Origin: Marsupella aquatica
Taxonomy: Eukaryota > Plantae > Marchantiophyta
Reading direction: 5' to 3'
Length of the DNA stretch: 64,000 nucleotides
Assembly (NCBI GenBank): GCA_973895155.1
Contig: OZ316896.1
Span: forward strand, 6,774,132 to 6,838,131
In this document: one piece after another, positions 24,616-37,335 of the stretch
Layout of the letters: the number at the start of each line of letters is the position of its first letter
Position numbering within the stretch: position 1 is the stretch's first letter
Made by a program: the position numbers and the translations under genes
The notes under the pieces: generated by a model
Told to the model about the DNA's origin: nothing
The model's database searches: none
Seen by the model: only the letters and a program-made list of their open reading frames with translations

Positions 24616-25054
24616 CTTGCTGGCTCCTGAAAATCTGGTTCGTAACCTTTCATGCTGCCAAAGCTCATTATCATGGCATAAAATCCTTGTGGGATGATGC
24701 AAAGGCAGTGTCTGTGCCCTGGGCTGGGTTTGGGGAGGGTGGTGACCAGGGTGCATTGTAACAGGCCGAAAGCTCTGCAATCATGGACAACAGTGAACAA
24801 GGATGCCTACTGGTGGTATTTGTGTTCCATCCCTGACTGTATCTGCTAAAAGAGTTAACATAACATGTAATAAATGTACACAAACCCTAAACCACCCCAA
24901 AAGAAAAAAAACAGGTTCTTGAGTAGTGTACCTATTGTCAAGTGAATGACACAAAATTCCTAAATGTTGGAGGGTGTCACCACCTCCTCCGCTGTCCTCA
25001 AATGTACCGCCTCTGCATGTACACCCCATGACCATATCAGAGTCCAATCATGTA

Positions 25055-25162
25055 AAGTCAAAGTCAAAGTCAAATTCTAAACTCCACGACGACCCAATGA
25101 GTCAAGGGAGCTGTGGCAAAAAAGCCAAATACAAAGCAAAGAAATGAATCAAATGCTCATGC
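25055..25162 (-). mobile_element. 108-bp 3' fragment of LINE family B
   Basis: Near-identical to 12797-12903 including (gtcaaa)3; TSD tcatgta at 25048-25054 and 25163-25169. Confidence 0.9.
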
Positions 25163-25274
25163 TCATGTATAGTCATAGGCACAGGTGTGAGAGCCGTATC
25201 AGATATCTCACCTTATTACCAGGTGAGATATGGGTATCAACCCTATTCTCGATGCCACTCAGACCTCAGGTACT

Positions 25275-25555
25275 TACCATGGGGGTCTTGCATCCGTGCC
25301 TACAAGCAGTGGATGCAATGCCCTCCACTGGGGGCAAGTTGCTACCAAGTCCCTCCACCGGGTATTAATTTGTCTATATTTGCAGATATCTTGTGCGCAA
25401 GACACCACAAGAACCCTCGGCCAGACATGTGTAAAGAACTATATCATCTGCCAAATCAGGCAACAAGGAACCACCTACAACATCGTGCTTGTCTAACTCA
25501 TCTGTTGAAAAGTAGATGTCCTCTTCGGACTGTGCATCCTCATTCACCATAGATT
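25275..25555 (-). pseudogene. F-box cargo gene fragment (1-bp frameshift)
   Basis: SLLPDLADDIVL then, shifting frame, THVWPRVLVVSCAQDICKYRQINTRWRDLVATCPQW. Confidence 0.65.
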
Positions 25556-25900
25556 CAGCGTCTCTTGCATCCTCGGGCGGTGCCAAGAAATGTTTTAGCA
25601 CCAACCCATGCAGGAGAGTCCAAATTGTGGCCAGCCATATGACAACCCGGAGGAGGAGCCGTAATAGCGCCTATTGATCTAGGAAAGGCAACATACCCAC
25701 CAAAGTCTGCCGCCAAGATTTGACCCCACCCAGTACGTTTACAATGACACCCCCAGGCAGCACGAAACAACAATCCGCCAACAGTCAAATAAGTCCAACT
25801 GCCACCAACCATAACAAGGTACATTAGTTCAAAGATCACATTTATTTCAATGATGTGATTTATACAAAAAAACTTGTGTCCAAACTGATGCTACTACTCC

Positions 25901-26781
25901 TCACTCTGATTCAAAATTGCTAATGACCCATTCCTGACTTGTTGTCTCATAGTCCTCTCTGTAAGGATCCTGACCCTTCCGTGGCCAGGCCTCAAAAAGA
26001 TCATCTAGTCCATTGGGTTTTGACGCTTCCCAACTGCTACTGATTCCACAAGCCAAGCATATGAAACCACAAACACATTATGGGACATGACATAAAAGCG
26101 AATGTCTCCCTTCCCAAATTTGCGGCAGGCTTTGGGATATGACTTAGTAATGACATGAGTGGTGTCCTCTATTATATTCTCCTCCACTGTCCCACCTAGG
26201 TCAAGCACTGTGGACTTGTACACTTTGCACTTAACCTCTCCAATTCCCGCCTCCACAAATACCATGCTCAGCCCTTTCAAAATGGGGGTTGGTTGCTTTG
26301 TCTCCTCAGCCAACATACTCTTCAGCCTTCTTGAGCTCTGTCCTTTGTTGAGTACAGGTCCATATTGGACATCAGCAAGCCGTGCCTTTGCTTCCCAGAC
26401 TTCTTGTTCAGCCCAAGCTGATGCAGTAGCTTCTTCATCCTCCCACAGTTTGTATTGCTCAATATCTTGTACAATCTGATGTGCTATGGAATCTGTGATC
26501 CAAGAGGGCTCAACTACTTTTAGGCCTTGCTCAATAATTGTAGAATTCATGTAGGACCATGACCACTTCTTTATCACTGATAGCCATGTCCCTGCAACAA
26601 CATGTGTAGTCTCTGGAGTGATGTCCTGAACTACAGTGCCATGGAGCTCAAAGAATTGTTTCTGTACAGTTGGCCAATGCACTTTGGTCAACCCATGCTG
26701 GCCATGGACCAAAATGACTCTGACCCCTGTAAACACTGCTGGGTGGTCACACTTTCTACGTTTCCCAGGTTCCATGTACAC
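25901..26781 (-). pseudogene. Tandem BRCT-domain cargo gene (premature stop from 2-bp insertion at ~26005)
   Basis: Two repeats: VFTGVRVILV...LHGTVVQDITPETTHVVA...VVEPSWITDSI and ILKGLSMVFV...LGGTVEENIIEDTTHVIT...VVSYAWLVESV. Confidence 0.88.
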
Positions 26782-27367
26782 ACACCCTACGTGATCAGAG
26801 AAAATTTTGGAAGAATGGGTTCACCTGACAATATAAGGACAACAAAATTCTTGCTTTTTGAGTTGATCCGGTACATTGGTGCTCAGGTCCGAGTTTGATA
26901 GGTACAGGGGATATGTGAACAAGACGTACTAGGCACCTACACGGATGCAGGACATTGTTTGAATATATACTAGAAAATCCATATCGAAGGTGAAATGAAG
27001 TGCAACCAACTTGTCATGGCACATACATATTTTGTTGTAAAGGAGGATACATTCAATGACAAACTTATAGGGCAATTTGATTAATTGCATGCCTCATAAT
27101 TTATATGCTTACAATTTTGAAGTCCTGTTTTAATTTAGCAGCCTGATGAGAGTGTTTATGAAAATGACCACTCAGCCTAAATACTTCCAAGAAGGCTTGT
27201 AAGGATAAGTTTTTATGGGCATGTACCCAGCCACTAACGCTAGAGCACAGGATAAGTGCTGCCTGTATAAACTCGCCTACCCAACTCCTTTTCAAAATTG
27301 GAATCTCTGCAATCTCCAAAAATGGTACATCCACATTAGGTGCACTATGCATGTACAATGTTTAGCT

Positions 27368-28030
27368 TCACAGCCAAGATATGTGATCTCTCACAGGAGT
27401 GCGCAAGGTAGGATCAATGGTATGGCAATGACAATAAAATATCCATCGATCAACACCATGTGTAGAGTGATCATAGATTTCTCTGTCACAAGCATAACCC
27501 TCTGCTTGACGATCTTTCAAGCAATGATAGTGCCACATAGTGGGAAACCTAGCACAGTGGACTATGTCAGTCCAGTAGTCATCATCATGCTCACCACATG
27601 CCTTGCACTTATGAAGTGGGCAAGCTGTGGCATGATCAGGCAAACACTCAAAACAGAAAAATCTCACACAAAAATAGTTTGGACATTTCCTAACATTTGC
27701 TGCAGCATCAACAGAGCCCTCATAGGACCCCAACTTCTCACACTGTGCACACTTAGCCTGCTTCTCCAAACAATCAGTGCACGGATTCTCCTTGGTGTGT
27801 TGACGGGAGGCCCACCCCTGGACAGTTGTTTTCTACAGCAAGGTCAGACTTCAGGTTGAGGTGGAAATGCCTCATGCAAGGGCCTTCACAGATGACCAGG
27901 CCCCCACCATCATCACAAATGACACAACAATGAGCTGCCTTCTGGAAAATCTGACTTGCGGAGAAGTTAGTAACATCTGCCCCAAGTACACCAGTGTTTC
28001 TCACCTATGTCACGTTTTTTTGCTTGAATT
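27368..28030 (-). pseudogene. EDM2-like (NSD-type) PHD finger cluster cargo gene
   Basis: CVICDDGGGLVICEGPCMRHFH; CAQCEKLGS...CPLHKCKAC...CARFPTMWHYHCL...IFYCHCHTIDPTLRTPVRDHI; broken near 27775. Confidence 0.85.
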
Positions 28031-28741
28031 TTAGGGCGTGCCATGCCTGCACATGAGATAGACTCCACAATTTAGCAGACTGCACAGAAAGTAAAATTTA
28101 GCATGCAAGGTACAAAGGCTTTGCTACTGCAATGAATTGGAATGGTCACACAAGGATGGAGAGCAAATATACTTTTGGTATGTTGAGCCAACACACAAAA
28201 CTGATCCCCTAGTACAATTGCTCCACCAACACCTCAATTTTAATTGTGGCTACGATTCACCAAAGGAGATCTGCAATAACATTTCATGCATTTGAATCAC
28301 ATACAATAGTCGTGACATGTAAAATAGGCATTCTTCGAAGAGGATTGGTATGAAGCAGTGTCATAAGGGTTGAAATTTATACATCCTATTTAAATAGGCT
28401 ATGATAGTGGCTGAGACAAATAAGTCAGGCATAAATCACATTTTTCAGGTTGTCACATGACCCATTAATTCATTGAACGTTGCAATGTTCACCAGGTTAA
28501 AGCAATCATGAAAACAATCTTTCAATAAAGACTTTTAAGTGAGTTTGCTAGTCTCTTAAATTAGGATATTTTGCTTAATGCAGGCATAATAGGATAAGTT
28601 ATGTACTGTTGACCCTAAACCCTGGACCCAAAATTGCTCATACATCAAAATTTTAAGTAAATATCCTCTGTGTTGAAGTCATAGTGTTAAGCTATAGGTC
28701 AATGGTCTCTGGTCTGTGCACGTGGTGTGACAAGTGGTCCT

Positions 28742-29191
28742 CTAGAGCATGTGATCCAAACATGTGTAGACACCAAAGTCACCAGTGGTGAGGTCTGGGA
28801 GGGCAGGACAAGTGACATCACCAGGCACCCTATAGGATGGCGAGTGGTTCCAGATGATACATTGTGCTCTGTGAAAATATCGACATCCAAGAGAATGGTC
28901 ATCCAACTCTGGGCCAGAAGCTCTACAGGCTTGACAGTCATATTGGCAATTGTGCACACACCCTTGGCACCTAATTTGTGGCAAGTCATGTACAAGAGAC
29001 ACAAATACCAAGGATGTGGGGAAGGGTATTGAAGCAAGTAGAGGTTGACTGTAGTTGTTCCTGGCAACAACAGGGTACTCAATGTACCATGCAAACTAGG
29101 CTGGAAGGATCCCAAGTCTGACATACTCAAGGCGCAACATCTTTGCCTTGTGTGCAAGTCGTACATGTTCAGCGTTGCGGGTCCTCACCAT
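28742..29191 (-). pseudogene. Small Cys/His-rich cargo ORF (one internal TAG)
   Basis: Manual translation MVRTRNAEHVR...PA*FAWY...RCQGCVHNCQYDCQAC...HSLGC. Confidence 0.35.
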
Positions 29192-32100
29192 AATTGAAGC
29201 TTTTGTTGTGATGTCCTCTGTTCACGTCCTTTGACGAGCAAGGTGAGCAGGAGGTCAACTTGCCTGGCCAACAACAACCAACCTAAACTTATCAGTTCCC
29301 ACTGACTGTCTTGGTTCCAACTACAGGTCACAGTATACACAAAGCATGAAACGTGCATAGTACATATTTGATGGTGAGTTTATGAGTATCCTAAGACAAA
29401 GAGCTTGCTGAAGACGTGGTTCCTACATGCTTGGCGGGAAGTCTTACACTCATTTGCTATCTGGCCAGTGTTTAATTATCATTGTTACAGCATCACTCAA
29501 TTGTTCTCCTTCACTTAAACTACGAGTGAGACAATACAAACTTTACCAAGTACCACTGGTGTAGGCAATATGGAGTCTGAGTCTACCATCATTGTTCAGA
29601 ATGATGGTGAGGAAGGAGACAACCAAAATTAGAAAGAACCCAATACCAAACTTAAGGTGGCCTTACATGTCATTCCTGTATTTATCTTCACAGCAAAGTG
29701 AGAACTTAGACAATGAATGAAGCACATGGGATCATGGTTATAAAAAACAAATATACTACGCCCCTGTCTGAACTTCCAGAATCAGATAAATAACATTCAA
29801 AATCTGTCCAGGTTTGTGCAAAGTGTATATATTCATTCTTCTGGAATGAACACGTAATGCATACATCACCTAGGCACAGTCATTATAGATCATTGGGCAA
29901 TTGGGGACCACTAAACAGGTGTGTTCCTATTTCGAGGCTACAGGAAAGGATAGAGTGACACCAAACTCAAGAGTAGACCAAAAGAAAAACAGCAAGAACC
30001 AAAGTCAATCACGTGTGGATAAACTACACATGGGAAGTTCCCCTGAAGAAGCATCAGTTGCTAACATTGTCACCCAAACCACACCCAGTTTATTACCTCA
30101 ATGTCTTCAGCCTCAATATCCAATCCTCAGCCCAAATTCTTCTGTGTTTGTTCTGAAAATTTCTGTGATGAAATGATTATTCAATAGCAAAGAGATCTCA
30201 ATCAAAGAAGAAAAATAGTTAGTGTGAATGCAAATTTCTCAACACTTAACAAAATTCAAACCACCAATTCAATTTGTAAGTTTCAGGAACTTGCCTTTAC
30301 ATGAAGAGAAACTAATTGGCCATGCATGTTACTAAAACAATAAACAAATAATTAGGTTCAACACACAGGCAAACTACTCTAAACATGCTGCTGAGAAGTA
30401 GCATTTTTTGAATCTCAAACTATGTGTAAGTGCCATGATCATGCTCCTACGTTTCACAAGGAGGGCTGGCCCGAAAGGGAGAAGCAACAATGTGGAGACA
30501 TACACGTAGCACAAATCCCAGTTTAGAAGTGGATGAAGTTCAAACAAGAGTTCAGAATTGCCATTTGAGATTGCCAATCTGAACTTCAGATTCAGACAGG
30601 ACTTCATCCAATTTAGGAGTTCAAACAGGAGTTCAAACAATCTGAAGAGGACTTTGGACTTGAATGAGGGACAGCGTGGCCATATAGTTATCCTTGTGAC
30701 CTTCAGCTGCGTGTCTCAGGCTGAATTTCACTTTCCAGTTTTGAGAGTTGTGAAGGTCTAGTTTTAGTAACTTCCCTCTGACTTGACTTGGGAGCATTTG
30801 ACCTATTTGCTAGCTTGTAGTTAGCTTTGACTCCTGTCAGCTTTGTTGACGACCCTCTTGAGATATAAACAATTAGAACAAACACAAGTTGTCAAGACAG
30901 ATTCCACCGGAGCAAAAAGTCCAAAATCAGGTGAATGAAAACCTAAGGAGAGAAAATAAGAACGAAAGTAGGAAGGCAAGCACACGGGCCACCGAGAAAA
31001 GTAAAGGATGCATGTGATTAGTGGGGAGGGATCTTAGCAAAAACAGGGGAAAGCAAGGGAACTAGCGGTTAAAATCAGCTGAAAGATGCACGGTTCCTAT
31101 AAATTTCAACGGTCTTGAGGTTGTCTGTTCACCCCCCACCCCACCGCCGGAGCACGGGGCACAAGGCATGTTTTGATACAAGGAGGAGCAAAATAGTCAT
31201 GTCAAGCAAGAAGTGTGGAGAGACCAATCAGTAAGCAAAAATAGGGGAGAACAAACATACATCAGCAGTAGCAGGAAACAAGAAAGATGATTTGGGAAAG
31301 CATCTTAGGGTCGGGGACACAACTGCAACACCGGGACTTAGGATACGGCTTGTTCTTAATCTGCTGATAGCATCCGACAGGCCGGCGACCCATGGCAAAA
31401 AGGCAAAGCAGCAATCTGCCATGTAGCAATAGACGAGAGCAGGGATGACGACGACAAAAGATGGTCGATCCAAAAAACTACTGAGTCTCACCTGTGCGCT
31501 ACTGACTGTCACCTTTGTCCAAGGTAGCGAGTAATAGCAAGTTGAAGTCCCGCTCCAAGTTGTCGGCTTCCACTCCAAGCTCCCTAAAAGATTGATGCCT
31601 CAGGTCCAAGTTGTCAGCTCCCACGCGCAACTCCCTAAACCTACACACAGCGGCTGCTTAGCTCACCAACAGCTTGCAGAAACAATGACCTCCCCTCTGA
31701 AACTGATAAAAACACCTGAATACAAATAGTGAAGCACGAGGACAGAATAGGGAGAAGAGTTTTGCAGTTTGGGACGACAATGCTAGGAGTGTATACACTT
31801 CGGGCAACAGGAAGGTCCAATAACAGTCTGAATCAATAGGATGAAGCAAAACCCCTAAAGTTGCAGCTTGGCCATACTCTCCTTCCTCACCTGATAGCGC
31901 TAGGCATTCAACCTCCCTCTTCGATGAACCTCACAGCAGCTTGAAGGTGGTAGATTTTACCTCGTCTCCTGAGCAAAAACGTCTGCATCAGCTGAACAGA
32001 GCTATCGCATTTAGCCTCCCGACTCCAAAATTGAGCGCAACACAACCTCCAACTCCCAACGGCAGCTCAGTAGGTTGATCAGCTCGGTAAATGCAGGTCA

Positions 32101-33599
32101 ATCAACCTCAATAGCCACACTAGAAGCTCACCGCAAGTCACTCAAAGGCCAAACTAGAGAACTAGCGTAGCAAAAAATGATGAGACCAATAGCAATTACC
32201 ACAAAGCTTCAAAATGGCAGGTGTGTTGTTTGATCCCCAACAGATTAGCATAGAAATCCAGACAACATTGTACCGCAACACACTCTCCTGCAGAACTTTT
32301 GATCGATTAGCATTCGCAAACGCAAACGCAAAAATCCCTTGCGCTTCTACCTTGCTCCTCGATCCCTTGCGCTTCTACCTCCCTCCTCGTTCTACCTTGG
32401 GCTTGAACGAAACTTCAACAAGGAATAGGGTTGTGGTATGCATTGGACAAGAAGTCAGTGAGTGAGGTAGTCAAGTGACACGAGAAAAACCGAGAGTAGA
32501 ACTAATCGCACCAGTAGTGGCAGCAAAAGACAAATCAGATGAGATGAAGACCCCGACAACAATGACATATCCAGAATGACGAGCAGCGACTTATGCAATA
32601 ATGTCAAACCTTGATCAAGCGCTGCTGCTGCGCTTGCACGCCATCGCCATCTCTAGAGCTCTCTTCTCACCTGACAAAATCAATCACGGATTGATCTACA
32701 AGCTGGATATTGGAGTCTGCATCTCTCGCCCGAGGCTTCCGATCATCTGCTCTGGTCCAAAGCTCCCAAAAGTATAGAGGGCAGATGTACACTCAAGCAC
32801 GACAAGCGGGAGTGAAGTCTGTAAAGCTCCTTGCACAAAACCCTTCACAAAACCTTCAGGCACGACGGTTGTTGGTAAGCACAATGGACATCCAAGTTTT
32901 TCCTTGACAAAAACCTCCGAGTTCCCGCGCACCTTCAACTCCCATTTGCACTTTGCTGGCGTGTTTCCTATTGAAAAACCCGTGCACCCTAAACTCATGT
33001 CCAAAGGCACACTCACGCATAATGCATACCTTAACACTTAGTGAGAGAACTGAACCCAATGACACTTGACCACTTTGCGTTGACATGAGCCGTTGAGACG
33101 CATGTTAGTACCCTAAAGCAAATTTGACACAACACTTTGTGAGCAAACGCACAGGGCTAGGATTAACCTAACAATAGCCTTGTTGCATATTCATTAATTA
33201 AGAGCATAAATGATGAGCCTAAAAGAAAATACTATCTAAGATCAAGCCTTCTTCATATGCATATGTACATGCATGCAAAAATACAGATAGCCTATAGCAT
33301 GCAAAAATATAGTAGGGGGTGGACATCCAATGTTCTATGGCTGATATAGAGGGTAGGACAAGTGGTTTAGATGGGAAAAATTAGAGATTGACTACAAAAA
33401 GCATTAAGTTAGGTTAATAGCAAGGTTTGACAAAGCCTTTTTTTGTTTGAATGGGGCTGGGGCTTCATTGTGTCTATTGGGGTCAGGAGTAATTATGGTT
33501 TTAAATGGTATGACTAAACTATTATTAAATTGATGTGGAATGACTTATGGTGTATCCAAAATCATATTTATTTGGTCGCGGATCCCATACTTTAAGGTT

Positions 33600-33856
33600 T
33601 AAGGGTTCAAATGTAGTGGTGTCATAAGTTGTACTCTAATGTAGAGTCACTTGTATAACTTCACGCTAATTGCCTTAACTGAGTTATAGTTGCAACTTAC
33701 CTAAAAGTTGTAAACATGACTCGGCAAAACTTCACCAAAACTCAGTCAAGAAGGTGTGACTAACATGACACCAACAACCTTGGAGTCGCTATTTCATGAA
33801 GGTCTTGGACAAGTCATTTATGGGAGGGTCTCAAAATGGGTGGATTTCTTCTAGTG
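33600..33856 (-). repeat. CACTA 5' subterminal region and TIR of copy 2
   Basis: tggatttcttctagtg at 33841-33856; AGTCA/TGAC motifs upstream. Confidence 0.8.
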
Positions 33857-34719
33857 TACAGATGCCTCCACAATATTCAAACGATCACCCAATTTACTTT
33901 TCACTCGAGGGAGTCCACACTCTAATGACTTCAACTGTTCACACATCTCTGTCAGAGTTGTAACAGTTCCCTATCATAACACACCTTACATATCTCAGAT
34001 AACTGTCCCCAAGAATTGGTTGCTTTCTTCCTACTACATTTACTTCTAATGCTGAAGGCCAAATAGTCTACGAACATATAGAATTACAACATAATCACCT
34101 GTTTGGAAGTCACACTTGTCACCTCACTCCTTTATTTCATGAACTCCTCTCTCACTTCTTGTGCTAATGGTTCTTCATCTGTCAATTTCTTCTGCATGCC
34201 ACATCAACATACATATGAATGAAACCAAGTGTTGATCGTCAATGAAAATGTAATAATGGTAGCAAGATGATAAGTTTGAGGCTTACTATTAGACATGTCA
34301 GTGCCTTACCAATTGTTCTTTTACTGGAGCATAACTTCCTCTCCTAGCTTGTGAAAGGTGTTTCACTTTGCCTTGAGCATTTGACATCAGTTCACTCTTG
34401 CTTTGCCCAGCCTCCGACATGAACCCTTTGATTAATCGTGTCCATTGTGGCAAACAGCGGACTAGGTGATCTCCTTTCCACATGTAACGCTTAGACTGTT
34501 GTTGTATCCGATCCCTTTGAGTAGTGGAGCCTGGTGGGTACTGCTTGTGCTGCAAGAAATTCAGAGTGTCCAAATCCTCCCAGATGTCCACAATTGATTG
34601 GTCAACAATGTTGCAACTAAGCAAGGCAAGATAGGCAGAGGCCTCAAGTGTAGAGCTAGGACTAGCATGATCAAAATCTTGCCGTGCATCTGAAAAATCT
34701 GTTGAAGTGATCAAAGGAG

Positions 34720-35225
34720 TGCGAGACATGGTGTCAGCATTCTGGTGAGTAATTCCAGGTCTATGAATAACTTCAAACTCATATTCTTGCAAAATGAGGG
34801 CCCAACGAGCTAGCTTGCCGGTAAGCTTATCATTGGTCATCAACCACTTTAGTGGCTGGTGATCGATAAAGAGCATGAACTTAGTGCCATACAGGTAGGG
34901 TCTGAAATGTATGATAGCCCACACAACAGCCAAGCATTCACCTTCATAAGAGGAGTAGTTGCTCGCAGCCTTGTTATTGCTCCTAGACGCATAAGCAATG
35001 ACATACTCCCTCCCGTCCTCATCAGATTGACCCAGAATGGCACCAATACCTAGAGCACTCCAATCTGTATGCAAAATGAATGTTTTGCTGAAATGAGGCC
35101 TTCTGAGAACAGGGTAACTTGATAACTTTCCCTTCAAAGTTTCAAATGCCACCTGAGCGTCTTCAGTCCATTTCCAGGTAACATCTTTCTTAAGCAACAT
35201 GTACAATGGGTGAGCAATGATGCTA
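34720..35225 (-). pseudogene. Ty3/gypsy RNase H
   Basis: FILHTDWSALGIGAILGQ, IAYASR, NYSSYEGECLAVVWAI, DHQPL, ARWALILQEY, NADTMSR. Confidence 0.95.
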
Positions 35226-36120
35226 AAGTATGTAAATTCTGTAGTAATTACATAGACCAATGAAGCTTTGCAAAGTGTGAGTATCAGTAGGCTTGGGCTT
35301 CTCAAGAATAGACACCACTTTAGCCCAATGAGCCATAGTGCCATTTGGAATGATTCGATGCCCAAGGTAAACCACTGAGGTAACAGCAAACTCACACTTC
35401 TTGGGATGGATCTTCATATTAACATTTCTTAGCCTCCTGAACAACTCTTCAAGATGTAATAAGTGTTGCTCAAAACCCTTGCTATGAACTAACACATCAT
35501 CAATATAGCATTTTAGGAAATTAGCACCTTCTAGTACTTGATCCATCACCCGTTGAAAAAAGACGGGTGCATTCTTCAGTCCAAATGGCATCACCAGCCA
35601 TTCCCACAATTGATTGCTCCAATGAAAAGTTGTCTTCTTACGGTCCTCAGCCAGAATAATGATCTGGTTGAAGCCTTGCCTCAAGTCTACGAGGGTAAAG
35701 ATATCAGAATCTCCAATGGAGTCAAAGAGCTCTTCAGCGATAGGCATGGGTACTTGTCTTGAGTTGTGACCAGATTGAGTGGCCTGTAGTCCCCACACAT
35801 CCTCTTCTCTGTCCATAGCCCACTAGAATCTTTCTTTGTTGGCATCACTGTAGCCGCTGCAAAGTCAGAGTTTGAGGGCTGGATCAGACCTGCTTCGTAA
35901 AGCTCTTTGCATCTCTCATCCACCAGCTGCCACTCATGCTTGCTCAACCGGTGTCTCCGCCGATAAATAGGTCTCTCATCGGTCAGCTCAATGGAGAATT
36001 GCATCACCTTGCACTTGCCCAAGTCTCTCATTGAGAAAGCAAACACATCTTCATAGCTCAACAGCAAATTCAGTACCTGATCCCGTTGCTTCTTACTCAA
36101 CTGATTACCCATCACAAACT
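35225..36120 (-). pseudogene. Ty3/gypsy reverse transcriptase
   Basis: GLIQPSNS, RMCGDYRPLN...DKYP, DLRQGFNQI, MPFGLKNAP, YIDD, KKCEF...YLGH, SFIGLCNYYR. Confidence 0.95.
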
Positions 36121-36329
36121 GGAAATTTGCAACGCATAGCGTAGAGCTAGTGGGTGTACTAGAAGAACTTGATGTGCTTTCCTCTTTGCCTGGTGTGATC
36201 TGGTCCATGCCATGCTCTGATTTTGAAATTTCAGTCACATTACAAGGTACCTCTCCCCCCCAACACTAGGAGTGAAATGTAGAGTGGAGAGGATGGGTAA
36301 ATGTACTTCATCAGGGTGCCAGGTAAGAA

Positions 36330-37335
36330 GTTCATTAAGGCGAGAGGTTTGGTCACCCATAGTAGGAACAGTATGCATCTGGAAAAGAATACAAGTAACC
36401 AAAAGCCATGTTAAAGCATTAAGATCCATGACTCTGCCAAGAAGAGAATTCCGCTCTAGCCTAGTCACTTTAACATGACCAGTAGTGCCAGTTTGGAAAC
36501 CCATAGCTTGCTCTCGCTCCTCCAGGCTTGGCTCATCCCATGTATCCAAAGCGTGACGGTAGACCAGCCCTGGTCTATCCCCTTGGAAGGCATGGGCGCC
36601 AGGAAACAAAACAAAGGTAGGCCAAGCACCTCTTGGCTCCCCAATGGTGTTAGCAGGGTACCAAGGTGCTCTCTCTTGCCGAGTGACGGGCTGACAAGAG
36701 CTATTAGCATCCAAAATCTGGTGCAACTGTAATGTAGGGTCCCTGACCGTATGTTTTAGAGCCAATTGTAGTAAGCAAACCGGTGCAATATTGGTCCAGA
36801 AATTATGCAAACAATGCGCATAAGACCCACATTGGGCTGCATCAATTAAGAACGGTGGACCAAGATAGTGTTGGACTAGAATCTGAAAATCCTCTTGGAT
36901 GTTCTTCCGCTGGTCAAATTGAGAGGGTGTGTTCTCAATGACATAACCAACAGCAGGGTAAAGAGCCTGGGCCCAATTGAGTATTTGTACCAGGTCCATG
37001 AAGAGCCTTGATCGGGGATCACTCAAACAAGCTGCAGAACCTGCAACAGAGAAACCTTGGCATGCCCAGCCAGCAATGATGAGGTCCAAGGAACCAAGTA
37101 GCTCAATGTGTTTCTGTTGTAGCAACTGAACATCAGGAGGAAAGAGAGTGAAGCTTGCCTTCCATGCACTAGGTGGAAATTGTTGTGGGAATTCCAACAT
37201 CCGTGATTGAGCCACCTTCCTTGCATATGGGTCAGTGTCCACATAGATGTACCTCTTCGCCATCATGCCAGACTACAAGACCCCCTCTAGGCCTGTAGAA
37301 ATGCCACCAAAAAGCTCCAGCAAGGTAATGCCATC
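36330..37335 (-). pseudogene. C5 cytosine DNA methyltransferase domain (DNMT3-like, linear motif order)
   Basis: Motif I LLELFGGISTG, II YVDTD, III PDV, IV DLIIAGWACQGFS, V RSRLF, VI VIENT, VIII IDAAQCGSYAHCLHNFWTNI, IX EREQAMGF, X LLGRVMD. Confidence 0.9.

Larger units (their letters stand above)
11473..33856 (-). mobile_element. CACTA copy 2 (same family, inverted, decayed, with nested insertions)
   Basis: 11473-15172 and 22680-26082 are the reverse complement of 1-5786 apart from insertions; 5' terminus CACTAGAAGAAATCC at 33856. Confidence 0.88.

Noticed and set aside
29300-33600. Short ORFs in the 5' region of CACTA copy 2
   Set aside because: No domain recognised; cannot be distinguished from non-coding or decayed sequence
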